This document shows, in pieces, positions 17,153-28,079 of a stretch of DNA of 64,000 nucleotides. A program made the translations under genes and the position numbers. This stretch comes from an uncultured bacterium (GTDB lineage: Bacteria; Verrucomicrobiota; Verrucomicrobiia; Limisphaerales; JACDHS01), in contig CBHWET010000001.1 of NCBI GenBank assembly GCA_966112985.1, forward strand, positions 40,053 to 104,052. Direction: 5' to 3'. The notes beneath the pieces are model-generated. The model was not told the origin of the DNA. It ran no database searches and was given only the letters and a program-made list of their open reading frames with translations. Every line of letters starts with the position of its first letter. The stretch's first letter is position 1.

Positions 17153-20100
17153 TTACGCCTCGACAATGCGATAAAGCCGACACTCCTTGTCCGTGGTCAT
17201 CAGCCGGTAGATTCCTCCAGAAAGTTCGACAACTACACGCAATGTTTTGACAGCCGCTGGTCCGGTTTTACTACGTCGCACCGTAGGAGCGTTCTCGTCA
17301 ACTATTGCAAATTCAATTCGACGATCATGGAAATCACGCGCTCTTACCCGGGAAAGCTCAAACACGTCAATTTCGGCAGTTGGGTTCACCGAACTCAGAA
17401 ATGTCCGCGTCAAAGCCGCGATTTGCTTTCGCAGTTCCTGCTCAGCCAATTTGCTGGACTGAGCGTACTGCACTTTGATGACTTTCGGCGGACTGGCCCA
17501 AAGCTTCTCCATAACGCCAAAAAGCCCTTTCAAAGATGCCAAAGCGTCTTGGTCGGCCGTAATGTACGGATCACTGATTATTATCCGCTCGATTTTGGTT
17601 CCTTTTAAGAAACTGAAATCCTGATCGAGTTTTCTAGAGGATCCAGGAGTGTACTCCCGTCGATAAAACGCGGCAGGCGGCTGGATTTTTTGGGCAGGAA
17701 TCAATTCGCTTGTCGCTTTGATGGCCTCCAAGACGCTAGTCCCCGGTGCTTTGCCGAGAAAAACATGCTCGCCCAATAGCTTGTGTAGAACTGCAGCCGG
17801 AGCACCAGCATCGTAAAGACATACACAACCGTCTTTGCTCTCCGCGATCATTCTCAAGCGCGATGGCAAACTCTGTTGGTTTTTAATCCGGTGGAAGACG
17901 AGGCGGCCTTCCTTGCAGTAAGGCGAAAACCATTCCGTTGCAAACGCTGCTTTGGGCAAGTGAGAATCGCCAAAATCGGGAAAGACCGAGCAATAAATTG
18001 ACACCGTCTTTTTATCAACGAGCCATTTGTGAATTCTTTCCCATTCTGGAAAAAAATGTTCCAATCCAGAGGTGTTGTCATCGCTCCACAGCGGACCGAC
18101 AAATTCTCCAAGGCTTGGAGCAAGAATGTGAATCGCACGGGCTTTGTCGAGCGCTGCGAACGCGCCGGACTTCGAGATTCCCTCCAAACTCAAGCCAGCG
18201 TTCCAATCTTTGACGGCCAGGTTCGAGAGACGGTTAACCCATTCCAGAGCAGCAATTCTCTTGAACTGGTCCCAGTAAGTTTGGTTCGAGTAGGTGCAAA
18301 CACAGTGGCTGCACCCGTTGGAACAGCTCCTCGCACAGTCAAGAATCTTGCCGGCTCGCTTAAGAAGATCTTGTGCTGTGTAGTTTTTGAAAAACATGCC
18401 TACATATCCGGCTCCCCCGGGGACAGTATCAAAAATAATGATCTCCGGTCCTTCACTCAGTCGCCAACGAAAGGTTGCTGAAAGCTGCCCTTCCTCGATC
18501 TCGATGGCCTCACTCAATGCGATGCGACATGCTTCGGTGACGGTTCTAGCAACAGCGGTGCGAAAGGCGCCATGCTCATTCGGGTTTAGATTGTCAGGCA
18601 CCTGAATCCTATGGTCGATTCTCACCTGCAAGACGTCGGTTCGAAACTGGTGTGCAAGGTCTTGAGCCTTGTGTTGGAACTGTCCGTTGCACTCGGTGCC
18701 CGTGTAAGGATCCCGGTGGGCTGACAATCGGAACGCGTTCGGGTCGCCAGTGATAACTTCGGTATATCGACAACTGCAACGTTTGAAGCCGTGTCCTCTA
18801 CCCTGATTGACGACGAGCATTGTCCCTTCCTTTGCACTCTGAATCGCCCAGCTAATACCTTGGAGTGGCGAGTCACAAAAATCTTCGTCCCGGGCAGAGG
18901 AAACCAATTGGGTTTCCATTGCTGCTGGCGGTCGAATGCGCGTTGCCCCAGGTTCTTTACCCTGGCTCTCGTGAACGGAGGTCACGAAGCTTCGTGGTTC
19001 GACAAACTCGCGGGGAACCCCGGGTATAGGCTGCTGACATTTGGGACAGGTTTGCGGAATTAAGTCAGGGGCCTCTCCAATCGCGACGTGACGACACATT
19101 CGGCAGACCTTGTAATACCTCTCTGGCATGAAATGTTTCGGATAAAAACCGATACCACGAGAAGTCCATACGCGTCCCTTCGCCACAATTTCGGCTCCTG
19201 GCGCGTACTCTACAATTCCCATTCTAGCGTCACGATCCAGTTCTAGGTCCTGTTCCCAAGGTGAACCAAAGCGCTGCTTCCGACTGGTCAGAATTTCTAA
19301 GCAGATGTTGTTAACTGGAAACGTGTACGTTGGAATAACACCAAAACGGCTTAAAAAATTTATCAACTGTTGCATCGACCATTTGTAAGCCATTTTCAAA
19401 AACCGATCGGCACGTCTGTTCTGCTGCCGGTCGGTTTCGGTCCCACCCTTCAATTCGTCGAACTTTGAAAAATAAAAGCGATGTCGATCACCGAATTCCT
19501 TCGCGATGTCAGAAAGCTCAGCAAAAAAGTCCTGTTTCAGAACCGCTGGGTCGCACTGCAGTTCCTTCAAACAATCAGCGGAGAGGTTGCTTCTGACCGA
19601 CTTTTCGAGTGTTTCGGCCAGCTTCAAATGCTTATTTGCATCTGCTGATTGCAACCATTTGGTAAGGCGCGAGAGAAAGTTCAGTTGATCCTCTTCCGAA
19701 AAACGCACCCTGGACTGATCTTCTGCATCTGGATCGTCTTCAGGGCCGGTGATTCTGGACAGCCCGAATAGTTGTCCGATTTGAAGCGACGATTCGTCCG
19801 GCACAACATGCTGTAAGAAACCTGCCAGCAGAATGGAATACTGGTGCCTTCGAAACAAACGCTGATTGTTCAAATGCACGAATGGGGTCCGAGGGTCTTT
19901 GGAAAGGAACTGCTCGGCGGTTTCGTAAACGATTTGGTCGAATCGGCGGTTCCTGGCGTAGGTAACACTGACTGGCGCCGCTTGCGCCCGCCGTCCTGCT
20001 CGTCCCGCTCGCTGTTGGTAATTACCTATGTCGGGAGGAACATTGCGCAGCATCACTCCTTCAAGATCCCCGAGATCGATCCCCATCTCCATGGTTGTTG

Positions 20101-23100
20101 AACAACTCAACACGTTAATGCGACCCTCTTTGAATTCCTTCTCTGTTTTTTCCCTGAGGTTTGTCGAAAGAGCCGCGGTATGCTCTCTTGCCACAGCACT
20201 GGGCATCTGCCGCAGTTGGCAGTAGAGGTACGCGTAATGGTGCTTTGTGAGGTGCTCGTTCCATACGCCTTCGTTAAGGTTAATCAACCGACCATTGCAG
20301 CCGAACTGAGGGCAAATCTCCCCGAGATCAAGGGTTGTGACAAACGAGCAGTCCTTGCACTTTCGAATTGCAGTTGGAGCAGAAAGGCAAAACTGCATGC
20401 GTTTGTAATCCAGCACCATTCCGGGATGCTGTGTAGTCATTGGAACAAGTAGTTGAATTTCTGGATCGGTAAGCAGTTCCCAAAATCGAGTGAGGATCTG
20501 CTGCCATTGAGAAAGGCACAGTTTACGACCAATAAATTCACCCCATCGATTTCTATAAAACGATCCATTCGGTTTCAGTTTCGGGATCAGCCGAAATGGA
20601 ACATCCGTTAATGGCGCAAGTGAGAACGATCTCTCGGGCTGGGCGTACGCTCCCCAAATGAATTCGTCATCTCCAGTAATCCCCGGTGGCATTCGAATCG
20701 CACGATTATTGCGAATTCCATCCAATATCCATGTGAGAATCGACAGTGACCGCTGTTCGTGTTTTCCAAACAAACTTTTGATCCCCGATTCTGTGTCAAT
20801 TTCTTCGAGCGATGGCCCGTAGCTGACTGTAATTATACCTAAGTCGTCTAACGAATTCCGTGCTCCGCCCGGGAGGCAAAACTCTGCCAACACCTTTCCT
20901 CGAATAACCGTTTCCAAGTTGTCCTTTGGACTCTCACCATCACGATCAAGAACGCCGCGCTTAATTTCGGGTAACTTCAACAATTCGCTGACCAGCATCT
21001 CCACATTCAGCTTAACGCCTTGATGCTGCTTCATTATGTTCACGATTGCCCAACGAAGCAGGATTTCCTCGTGCCTGCGTTGAAAACTCGGCGCGAAAAA
21101 CGCCGCATCTTGACGATTGTCGCTGAACACGAGCAAGCTTCGACCATTGCCCGGTAATTTCCACGCGTCCTTTTTGTTTGTTGGGAGATGCGAATAAAGA
21201 ACCTCACTCACGACTTCAGACATTGCCTGGTCGCCCGGGTGAAATGGCGTGACGATCTCGTAGCGGTCCCGCCCACCACAAGACGGGCACGAGGTCATTG
21301 AGCCGTCGTTCCAGTCTTCATCAGCATCAGGCTCCCGCAGTGAGGCTCGAGTAGTTTCCAACCATTCATTAACGCGATCCTCCGGCAGCAGCCGATCTTT
21401 GATCTTCCCGTTGATCACATGTACAAAGCATTTTCCGACGGCTTCATCCTCCTCGGCTTCATCCTCGGCGCTCACCAAATTATTTTTTGGCTTCAACCAG
21501 AAGATTGACCTTTGCCACGCGCCGTGCCCGGGCCGGCGGCCTTTTAATTGACCCTGAGCGGCGGACTCGTATGCCTCGAAGTAAAGCTCGCCGCATTTTC
21601 TGCAAGTCAACAGCCGATACCGCTCACGATGTGCCTCCTCATCGTAAAAAAGGCGAGCGAATCGGAAATCTGAAAAACAGTCTTCGCAGTCGGAAGGGTG
21701 CTCCAAGCGAATGGTCGCTTCGTCGATCCCGGTGACAAAAAAATGATAGCGTGCTGGCAAGAGCGGGTAGCCTTGAGGTGTTTCTTTTGCAAATGCCCCC
21801 AGAGCAATGAGTCCTTTCAATGCGCCAGCGGCAGTATCCAGGGCAGCGGCTGGGAATAGCTCCGCAGCGAGTTTGCGAAACGCCAGGAACTTGTGGGTAG
21901 ACAGCAATTCAGAAGCTTTCTGAAGAGTCGGCTCCTTTGACAGAAGGGAGCACAAGCCTGCGGCTAGTGACCCGGCAGAAGGGTCCACGCTGCATCGAAC
22001 ATCAGCGGTTGTTACCTCTTGGTTCCATAATGAGACATGGTCTGGGCCGTCGTTATCCACGTCGGAGAGCACGTTCAAAATACCATGGAGTTTGATCCAG
22101 TCGCCGGGCTCCAAAGGCGAAATTTTGTTGCGTTGGGCGAGAAGACGGTGGGCCTTTCGCCTCGCTGTAATCGGCGGTTGAAATTCCGCGCCGAACAAAT
22201 CAGCAGCAAATTTCTTAATTCCGTCGGAGCTACGAGAATCCTGGGACAGGCTCGCACTGGTTCCAATGCATATCACTTTGCTGTCCGTGCAGTGCCGGTT
22301 CTTAAGCTTTCGAAGGAGCAAAGCAACTTCAGTTGCTTGGGCACCTCGATAGGAATGAATTTCGTCTAGAACCAGAAAATTCAGATTGCTTCCAGCGAAC
22401 AGGCGTGAGTTCTTTGGAAGCAAAAGCAAATGCTCCAACATTGCATAGTTGGTCACGAGAATATGGGGCGGCGTTTCTAGCATCTCTGCTCTACTTAGAA
22501 GCCAGTTATCCGGAATCGACCTTTGAAAAAGCGTCTGGAAATACGGATCTTGCAAATATGAGGCGACAAATTCATCCCGTGTCCACTTCGCATTGGTCTG
22601 GCCGGTGTAGCGTCCTACGGTAATTCCAAATTCCTGTAGACGGACAGCCAGCATCGGAAGTAGGCGATGGTACAGTTGGTCATTTGCCAGTGCGTTAAGC
22701 GGATATACTAACAACGCTCGAATGCCGGGTTTTCCCTTTACCTTTTGCTTCAACAACGAATCGATGATTGGGTAGAGAAAGCATTCAGTTTTTCCGGATC
22801 CTGTTCCAGTGGCAACAATCACATTTTGACCGTTGCTCGCAACCGCTTCAACAGCGTGTTGTTGGTGCAAGTGCATAGGACGTCCGTATTCCTCTTGAGA
22901 TAATTTGCTAAAACCTTCATGCAGGCTTCCGCTCTCAACGAGTTGTTTCAGTGATTTACCTTTTGGGAAATCCGGCAAAGCCTCCACGAAGGGGCCTTTT
23001 ACCAGCTTGTCTGGCTCCGAAAGCGTTTTCCCAGCGACTTGCCGCACTTTTGAAAATCGCTCGCTAATCGGAAGTGCTGTGAGCAGATACCGGAGAACGC

Positions 23101-23146
23101 GCTGTTTCAAGTCGTCGTGAAGCTGTAGTGGATCAATTTCCTTCAT
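17153..23146 (-). CDS. druE: Giant DEXH helicase with DUF1998 zinc module; DruE-like (Druantia)
   Basis: 1997 aa. It has motif I ([15 protein letters not shown]), motif II ([11 protein letters not shown]), the [10 protein letters not shown] block, motif VI ([11 protein letters not shown]), and a Cys cluster typical of DUF1998 ([19 protein letters not shown]). About 365 further residues follow. A protein of 1800-2100 aa that fuses a helicase with DUF1998 is the Druantia hallmark. The start overlaps the upstream gene by 14 nt. Confidence 0.75.
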   Translation of the reverse strand: MKEIDPLQLHDDLKQRVLRYLLTALPISERFSKVRQVAGKTLSEPDKLVKGPFVEALPDFPKGKSLKQLVESGSLHEGFSKLSQEEYGRPMHLHQQHAVEAVASNGQNVIVATGTGSGKTECFLYPIIDSLLKQKVKGKPGIRALLVYPLNALANDQLYHRLLPMLAVRLQEFGITVGRYTGQTNAKWTRDEFVASYLQDPYFQTLFQRSIPDNWLLSRAEMLETPPHILVTNYAMLEHLLLLPKNSRLFAGSNLNFLVLDEIHSYRGAQATEVALLLRKLKNRHCTDSKVICIGTSASLSQDSRSSDGIKKFAADLFGAEFQPPITARRKAHRLLAQRNKISPLEPGDWIKLHGILNVLSDVDNDGPDHVSLWNQEVTTADVRCSVDPSAGSLAAGLCSLLSKEPTLQKASELLSTHKFLAFRKLAAELFPAAALDTAAGALKGLIALGAFAKETPQGYPLLPARYHFFVTGIDEATIRLEHPSDCEDCFSDFRFARLFYDEEAHRERYRLLTCRKCGELYFEAYESAAQGQLKGRRPGHGAWQRSIFWLKPKNNLVSAEDEAEEDEAVGKCFVHVINGKIKDRLLPEDRVNEWLETTRASLREPDADEDWNDGSMTSCPSCGGRDRYEIVTPFHPGDQAMSEVVSEVLYSHLPTNKKDAWKLPGNGRSLLVFSDNRQDAAFFAPSFQRRHEEILLRWAIVNIMKQHQGVKLNVEMLVSELLKLPEIKRGVLDRDGESPKDNLETVIRGKVLAEFCLPGGARNSLDDLGIITVSYGPSLEEIDTESGIKSLFGKHEQRSLSILTWILDGIRNNRAIRMPPGITGDDEFIWGAYAQPERSFSLAPLTDVPFRLIPKLKPNGSFYRNRWGEFIGRKLCLSQWQQILTRFWELLTDPEIQLLVPMTTQHPGMVLDYKRMQFCLSAPTAIRKCKDCSFVTTLDLGEICPQFGCNGRLINLNEGVWNEHLTKHHYAYLYCQLRQMPSAVAREHTAALSTNLREKTEKEFKEGRINVLSCSTTMEMGIDLGDLEGVMLRNVPPDIGNYQQRAGRAGRRAQAAPVSVTYARNRRFDQIVYETAEQFLSKDPRTPFVHLNNQRLFRRHQYSILLAGFLQHVVPDESSLQIGQLFGLSRITGPEDDPDAEDQSRVRFSEEDQLNFLSRLTKWLQSADANKHLKLAETLEKSVRSNLSADCLKELQCDPAVLKQDFFAELSDIAKEFGDRHRFYFSKFDELKGGTETDRQQNRRADRFLKMAYKWSMQQLINFLSRFGVIPTYTFPVNNICLEILTSRKQRFGSPWEQDLELDRDARMGIVEYAPGAEIVAKGRVWTSRGIGFYPKHFMPERYYKVCRMCRHVAIGEAPDLIPQTCPKCQQPIPGVPREFVEPRSFVTSVHESQGKEPGATRIRPPAAMETQLVSSARDEDFCDSPLQGISWAIQSAKEGTMLVVNQGRGHGFKRCSCRYTEVITGDPNAFRLSAHRDPYTGTECNGQFQHKAQDLAHQFRTDVLQVRIDHRIQVPDNLNPNEHGAFRTAVARTVTEACRIALSEAIEIEEGQLSATFRWRLSEGPEIIIFDTVPGGAGYVGMFFKNYTAQDLLKRAGKILDCARSCSNGCSHCVCTYSNQTYWDQFKRIAALEWVNRLSNLAVKDWNAGLSLEGISKSGAFAALDKARAIHILAPSLGEFVGPLWSDDNTSGLEHFFPEWERIHKWLVDKKTVSIYCSVFPDFGDSHLPKAAFATEWFSPYCKEGRLVFHRIKNQQSLPSRLRMIAESKDGCVCLYDAGAPAAVLHKLLGEHVFLGKAPGTSVLEAIKATSELIPAQKIQPPAAFYRREYTPGSSRKLDQDFSFLKGTKIERIIISDPYITADQDALASLKGLFGVMEKLWASPPKVIKVQYAQSSKLAEQELRKQIAALTRTFLSSVNPTAEIDVFELSRVRARDFHDRRIEFAIVDENAPTVRRSKTGPAAVKTLRVVVELSGGIYRLMTTDKECRLYRIVEA

Positions 23147-26100
23147 ATCGTCGTAACGGTTTGAGAGTTGCCTCCCAGTAGAGCATAAAGAACGAAAACA
23201 TCTCTGGCGCTAAACTAGCCAACAGGGAGAGACGAGTCGTCCGCTGTGCAACGCTGTTACGGCGGGGGCTTAGCAGCGTGTTAATCCGCTCCATGAACAA
23301 TTCCCTCGACAGCAATCCGTAACCAACAGAACGGCCGAGCCCGTTAATACACAGGAGTAGGTCGCACACCGTTTGGACAAGGCTGCTTTCTGCTATTCGA
23401 ATTGCAATCGAGAGTTCAGCGTAATTCGGAACTCCTGCAATGCTTTTGAGGGTCGGGGCAACAAGATCCAACTGGTTGCCCATCGCTTGAATTTCGCTAG
23501 TCAAACGACCAAGAGTTGTCCCGGTTTCATTCGCATTTCGTACTTGCTCCAAGGGACGAAAACGCCGGTTCAGCGCACGGACTGCAGAGAGTAAATGTTC
23601 GGGAGTTAATAACAGCGGTTTTTCGATCTCTGCCTGCTTAAAGTCTAATTCCTGGGTCTCGGTTGAAAGATAATTGAAGAACCGACAATGATCAAAATTC
23701 CGGAATTCCGCTTCCCGCCGACAAAATACTGAATGGGCATTTGCAAAATGATTAAGGAATTGAGCGTGAGCACAACCTTTTGGCGGGTGAAAATTGTTCG
23801 CGGCATATTCCGTCAGCGTAGCCGCACGAGCAACATGCCCAAGCTCTCGGAAGACCTGGGCTACGAACATTTGTTCAGGGCCAGCATCGCAAAATGTCGA
23901 GCCACGTTGAGTAAGTAGCGTCTCCTGACTGCTAAATATTAGGGCGGACTGAATGCTGAGTGATGTCTCGCTTTTCCGCGCTAAGCTATCCACTGCCAAA
24001 TCGGCAAATAAACGCAGCCGCTCTTCATCAACTGTCGAATACGCATGTTGACAAGCGAGAACAAGAGCAGTTTCAAGCCATTGAACAGTTGGCCAAACGG
24101 CCGATGAGTATTTGAATAAAAGAACGTCTTGCAGGGAGGAAATTACGCGGCGCAGTTGTTCATCTGAAATCTGGAAGTCAAATTGCGATTCGAAACAGTC
24201 TCCTTTGCATTGGTCGTTCGAGGCTGCGTTCAACAAGCGTGCTAGTTGCGAGTCGGATTTTCCGCCGACAGGATCGTGTCGAATAGCCAATCGACTTTCA
24301 GATAAACCGTGCTTGTCAGCGACGTGCAAGGCCTGCCACCGAGTCTGCCCTTCCTTTTTTGATCGAAAGTCTATGAAGAATAAACCTGGATCCAATTTAC
24401 CAAGGTCAACATGCACGGTTAAAACCCAATCGAACGCATCCAGCGAAACATTCAGATGAACACAACACTCAGTGGTGCTGTAAATTTCGAAAGCCCCTTC
24501 TTTGATTCCTATTTCTTTGTCTGCCAGCGAACTGTTATCCAGATCGAATTGCCATAATCGCACCCTAAGCATTTTGAGTTGGTTTTGACCAATTCTAAAG
24601 GTACTGCGATGCGAATTGCTTCCTGGCGTATGTTCAATCGTGAGATCTCGAGCAAGATTCGCCTTCGCGAACGAAAGTAAATCCACTCTGCGTCCTAATT
24701 GGTTCTCAGCATAAATCGTCGCGCTTTCTCCGAACTGACCCAAGAGTGCACCCAAACTCAGCGCTTGTTTCGACCGGCCGGGTTTAATCAAAGCGAGATC
24801 TTTGTGCGCACAGCGCAGAACCCAAGGCACTGTATCGCCAGACTGGATAATCAATTGTTCGGCTCCAGCAACCTCAATATTGCTCCCGACCGCCACCGAC
24901 CGAGTTTCAAGCTTCTCTGGATCAAATATCCGTAACCAAATGCCGGGTTTAGCTAAGACAAACATCCGCGACGGATGCTGAACCCCAATTGTAACTTCTG
25001 GACCGAGATGTTCTTGGGCAATCTCCAATCCTTTCGAAGACTGACGGATCCCAATCGAGGTGTTGGGATCCAGGTTCTCCGGCGGTTTATCGCATACGAA
25101 GCCGAAGTTCTTGGTAGTTCTTTGAAAGCCTTTCCAGTAATCGAACTTTCGCCTGAAGCTTCGCAACCGCCCTTCGGCACTCACCAGGATTTCGTGAATT
25201 CCGGCGGGCAGATTTTTGAGGAACGGAGAAACGAGAGTCGCAGAAACATCGTAGCTGAAGGACTGCCCAACCTTAACTCCACAGTCGAACGAACATGTCA
25301 TCGCCGGAACCCCGTGGTTGTCGAGGCATTCAATCCTGAATTGCATCGAGACGTCTCCATCTCCAGGCATGGGGGTGAAGGCAACAACTGAAAGATCAGG
25401 CCCGTAAAAGATCGGCACCCTATCGACTGTTTCTATCACTTTTCCGTGCTCGTCTCGAATGATCACTTCCGAGCCAACCCTGGGGCTTACAGAAAATTTT
25501 TGGTCTACACAGAATATTTCCAACGGCACCCGTTCAGGAAATATTTCCACCTCTGCCGTTTTGAATTTGTCGCCTGTCCTGAAGTCCGCATCCTCACTTG
25601 TTGCATGTTCGATCGGCAAAAGGACGTGATAGTTTCCAGCAGCCAAATCGATCTCGCGCCTGCCATTGAGTTGCAGGCGTTTTCCGTCTGTTGAGCGGAA
25701 AATGAAAAACGGCTCGATTATATCTGGCTGGAGTTTGATCGTGAATGCTTGATCTTGGAACTCGTTTCTCAACCCGGTCAATCGTACCTGCAAGGTTGGT
25801 TCAGGGAACTCTGATGCCTCCAAGGCTCGTTCGATCAGCGCGTTATAGGTGTTCGATCCAATTATCCAGCACGAATTAAAGCTCACCAACTTGGAACTCT
25901 GTTTTGGTAGGACCACTTGCATCGAGGCACTCTCAGGGCTGAAGCGCAGGTATGGTGATTTAATACTCTCGCCGCCTGTTTTTTGCCGAGCCTCCCGCAT
26001 CGGCTCGCGCCAGTGCGGCGGCAATTGATCAAAATCACGAGTACTGAAAGCTCGCAGAATAGCGCGACTAACCAATGGACCGACCGTACTATCCAAAGTG

Positions 26101-26666
26101 CGCCGGAGCCGGCTTTGGGCGAGTGGAACCTTCTCCTTGAGAACGCGAGCAAAACGGATGACTTGGCTGTCATCATCCAGGTCTGGACATGGATTTTTTT
26201 CGAGGTAAGTGACCACCGAAGCAGTGAGATGTGGCACCCAGTACGGAAGAATTCCCGCTTGGAAAATCACCGGTCGCAGATTGCGATCGGTGTGAGTTTC
26301 TTCTTCTGCTGGCGGCATAACGAGGCCCAGAGCCTTACATGCCTCTTCGAAGGCTACCGAGACTCGTGTTCGGCAGCTCATTGGAAAACCCATTTCCAGT
26401 TGCTGTTCGAGTGGGCGATAAAAATTCGCCTCGGTGACCCCTTTACCTATTGCAAGGGCGATTGCATAAGCGGTTGAGGCAGGAAAATTATTCAGAAAAA
26501 AAAGAAGCCGTTCAACGCGCCCATTAAGCTCACGTTTCGTTTCGGAAAGGATCTGTTCCTGCACGTTGGTCTCGACTGGAAGGAGGCCCAAAATCGTTGG
26601 AGTTTTGCTGGCTCCTATTAAGCCCGCTACATGATTGTTCAATCTGGTCAGTTGTGGGCTGGTCAT
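23133..26666 (-). CDS. 1177-aa protein with no recognisable motif, upstream partner of druE (DruH-like by position and size)
   Basis: A long uninterrupted ORF co-oriented with and overlapping the helicase gene. I could read no catalytic or nucleotide-binding motif. The assignment rests purely on architecture (Druantia type III = druH + druE). Confidence 0.5.
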   Translation of the reverse strand: MTSPQLTRLNNHVAGLIGASKTPTILGLLPVETNVQEQILSETKRELNGRVERLLFFLNNFPASTAYAIALAIGKGVTEANFYRPLEQQLEMGFPMSCRTRVSVAFEEACKALGLVMPPAEEETHTDRNLRPVIFQAGILPYWVPHLTASVVTYLEKNPCPDLDDDSQVIRFARVLKEKVPLAQSRLRRTLDSTVGPLVSRAILRAFSTRDFDQLPPHWREPMREARQKTGGESIKSPYLRFSPESASMQVVLPKQSSKLVSFNSCWIIGSNTYNALIERALEASEFPEPTLQVRLTGLRNEFQDQAFTIKLQPDIIEPFFIFRSTDGKRLQLNGRREIDLAAGNYHVLLPIEHATSEDADFRTGDKFKTAEVEIFPERVPLEIFCVDQKFSVSPRVGSEVIIRDEHGKVIETVDRVPIFYGPDLSVVAFTPMPGDGDVSMQFRIECLDNHGVPAMTCSFDCGVKVGQSFSYDVSATLVSPFLKNLPAGIHEILVSAEGRLRSFRRKFDYWKGFQRTTKNFGFVCDKPPENLDPNTSIGIRQSSKGLEIAQEHLGPEVTIGVQHPSRMFVLAKPGIWLRIFDPEKLETRSVAVGSNIEVAGAEQLIIQSGDTVPWVLRCAHKDLALIKPGRSKQALSLGALLGQFGESATIYAENQLGRRVDLLSFAKANLARDLTIEHTPGSNSHRSTFRIGQNQLKMLRVRLWQFDLDNSSLADKEIGIKEGAFEIYSTTECCVHLNVSLDAFDWVLTVHVDLGKLDPGLFFIDFRSKKEGQTRWQALHVADKHGLSESRLAIRHDPVGGKSDSQLARLLNAASNDQCKGDCFESQFDFQISDEQLRRVISSLQDVLLFKYSSAVWPTVQWLETALVLACQHAYSTVDEERLRLFADLAVDSLARKSETSLSIQSALIFSSQETLLTQRGSTFCDAGPEQMFVAQVFRELGHVARAATLTEYAANNFHPPKGCAHAQFLNHFANAHSVFCRREAEFRNFDHCRFFNYLSTETQELDFKQAEIEKPLLLTPEHLLSAVRALNRRFRPLEQVRNANETGTTLGRLTSEIQAMGNQLDLVAPTLKSIAGVPNYAELSIAIRIAESSLVQTVCDLLLCINGLGRSVGYGLLSRELFMERINTLLSPRRNSVAQRTTRLSLLASLAPEMFSFFMLYWEATLKPLRRYEGN

Positions 26667-27383
26667 GTTGCTTGGGTCGCAGGATGTTTATGCTTTTATC
26701 GTAATTTACGCAGCAAAAATGTTCTCTCGTTCGCGGCCGCGTTAATGATCAGGAATTTTTGTTATTGCATCATTGCCTATAACGCAGACGCGAATCTTCG
26801 ATCAGTGAAGGTAATCGAAAGAGGCTATGACAAATGCAACCACTATTTGCTACAACGGCTGCAACCATCGGGTTCCCGGAAGGGGGAAGGGCAAACGTGG
26901 ACTGCTTTCGCCAGGGTCGTCACTCTTTAGTACATTTGAGATCCAGTGGGCAGATCTACGCACTGAGCTAAAGAATATGCGACTTCGATTTTATTCGAAA
27001 TCTCCAATATTTTCTGGGGGACAACAGTCGTTAGCTAACACCCATCGAGCTTACCTGCCTCCCTTTGCTTCTGTACAAAATCACGTTTATATATAATTGT
27101 GGCTCGAAGGCGCAGCTTTGTTGTTCCGAGGGACGAACAGTTTCGTGCGCCGGGTATCCACAATGTGACGGATAAAAGATGAGTTGGACTTTCCGCTGAA
27201 TAGAAGAGCCAACTCAGCTTGGAAATTGCGGGAGGCTAATCCTGCCGCGACCGGACGGTAACCGGGCTGGAATCCTATCGAAATACAACTTCTGGAACTC
27301 GACTCGAAGGTTGAGCGGGTCATCACTTGTCTTCTCAGCCACTTCGCCGCCGCTCATCACTGTAGCTCGTATGTCTGCGCTAC

Positions 27384-28079
27384 ATGAAGCGTGGCTCAAT
27401 TTCGAAAAATTTTTGTACAATGAATTCAGAATCAAATCACCATAATGGTGGAGACAGCGGTATCAGCAATCAACCTCCGCGCAGCGCGATAGGCGATGTT
27501 CGATTGCAGCCGGCCGAACAAGCCGTATTGGAAAAGTGTGAGCAAACGATCGCTATGGGAGTTGGAACATTTGTGCTGGTTGGGAGCGCTCTCGCTCAAA
27601 TCAAAGACCAAAAATTGTATCGCCAGAAGTATCACACTTTTGCCGACTACTGCCGCGACCGATGGGGTTTCGGGAAGTCGCATGCCCACCGGCTGATAGA
27701 TGCAGCTGAAGTCGTTAAAAAGCTGTGCCCAATTGGGGACACGGCGTCTGCACTCCAGAATGAGGCGCAAGCCCGGGCGCTGATCAAAGTGCCCGAACAA
27801 AAACGAGCGCAAGTTCTCTCGCTCGCCAAACAACGTGCTGGCTCCTCCTCGATCACCGCCAAACTCATAGAGTCGTGTGGAATTGAGGTCCTGGGCCAGA
27901 ACCAAACGCGGAAGTCTACGCGGTCACCCGCGGTCAACCGGGGGGTGTTTTTGAAATGGGTGGGGTATCTGCGTGAAGTTCTCGCCAAGGAGGGAACGGA
28001 AAGGGTGCTCTGCGTCCTAACGGAAGCTGAGCAGCGCCAAATGCCGGTCCTTCCGCGTAACCGAAAGGAGGTAAAATGA
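27384..28079 (+). CDS. Hypothetical DNA-binding protein with a ParB/KorB-like HTH segment
   Basis: 231 aa. The segment YHTFADYCRDRWGFGKSHAHRLIDAAEVV resembles the HTH and neighbouring helix seen in many phage/plasmid ParB-type proteins. The stop overlaps the start of the next gene (ATGA at 28076-28079). An alternative start is ATG 27420. Confidence 0.35.
   Translation: MKRGSISKNFCTMNSESNHHNGGDSGISNQPPRSAIGDVRLQPAEQAVLEKCEQTIAMGVGTFVLVGSALAQIKDQKLYRQKYHTFADYCRDRWGFGKSHAHRLIDAAEVVKKLCPIGDTASALQNEAQARALIKVPEQKRAQVLSLAKQRAGSSSITAKLIESCGIEVLGQNQTRKSTRSPAVNRGVFLKWVGYLREVLAKEGTERVLCVLTEAEQRQMPVLPRNRKEVK

Noticed and set aside
26912-26922. CAGGGTCGTCA as the second att copy matching TAGGGTCGCCA (37578-37588)
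   Set aside because: Only a 7-nt exact core (AGGGTCG) matches, with poor similarity further upstream. It is compatible with chance in a 700-bp region. I kept it only as a remark in the junction finding.
26945-26985. Minus-strand TAGCTCAGTG... resembling a tRNA D-arm
   Set aside because: The putative D-stem does not close (GCTC...GATC). The following stem-loop has a 5- or 9-nt loop rather than a 7-nt anticodon loop. No T-arm or acceptor pairing could be built.
26631-27096. ORFs 26631..26930 (+) and 26827..27096 (+) in the island/element junction
   Set aside because: The first starts inside the druH-like gene on the opposite strand. Both have odd composition (Cys/Asn/Arg-rich) and no start context.
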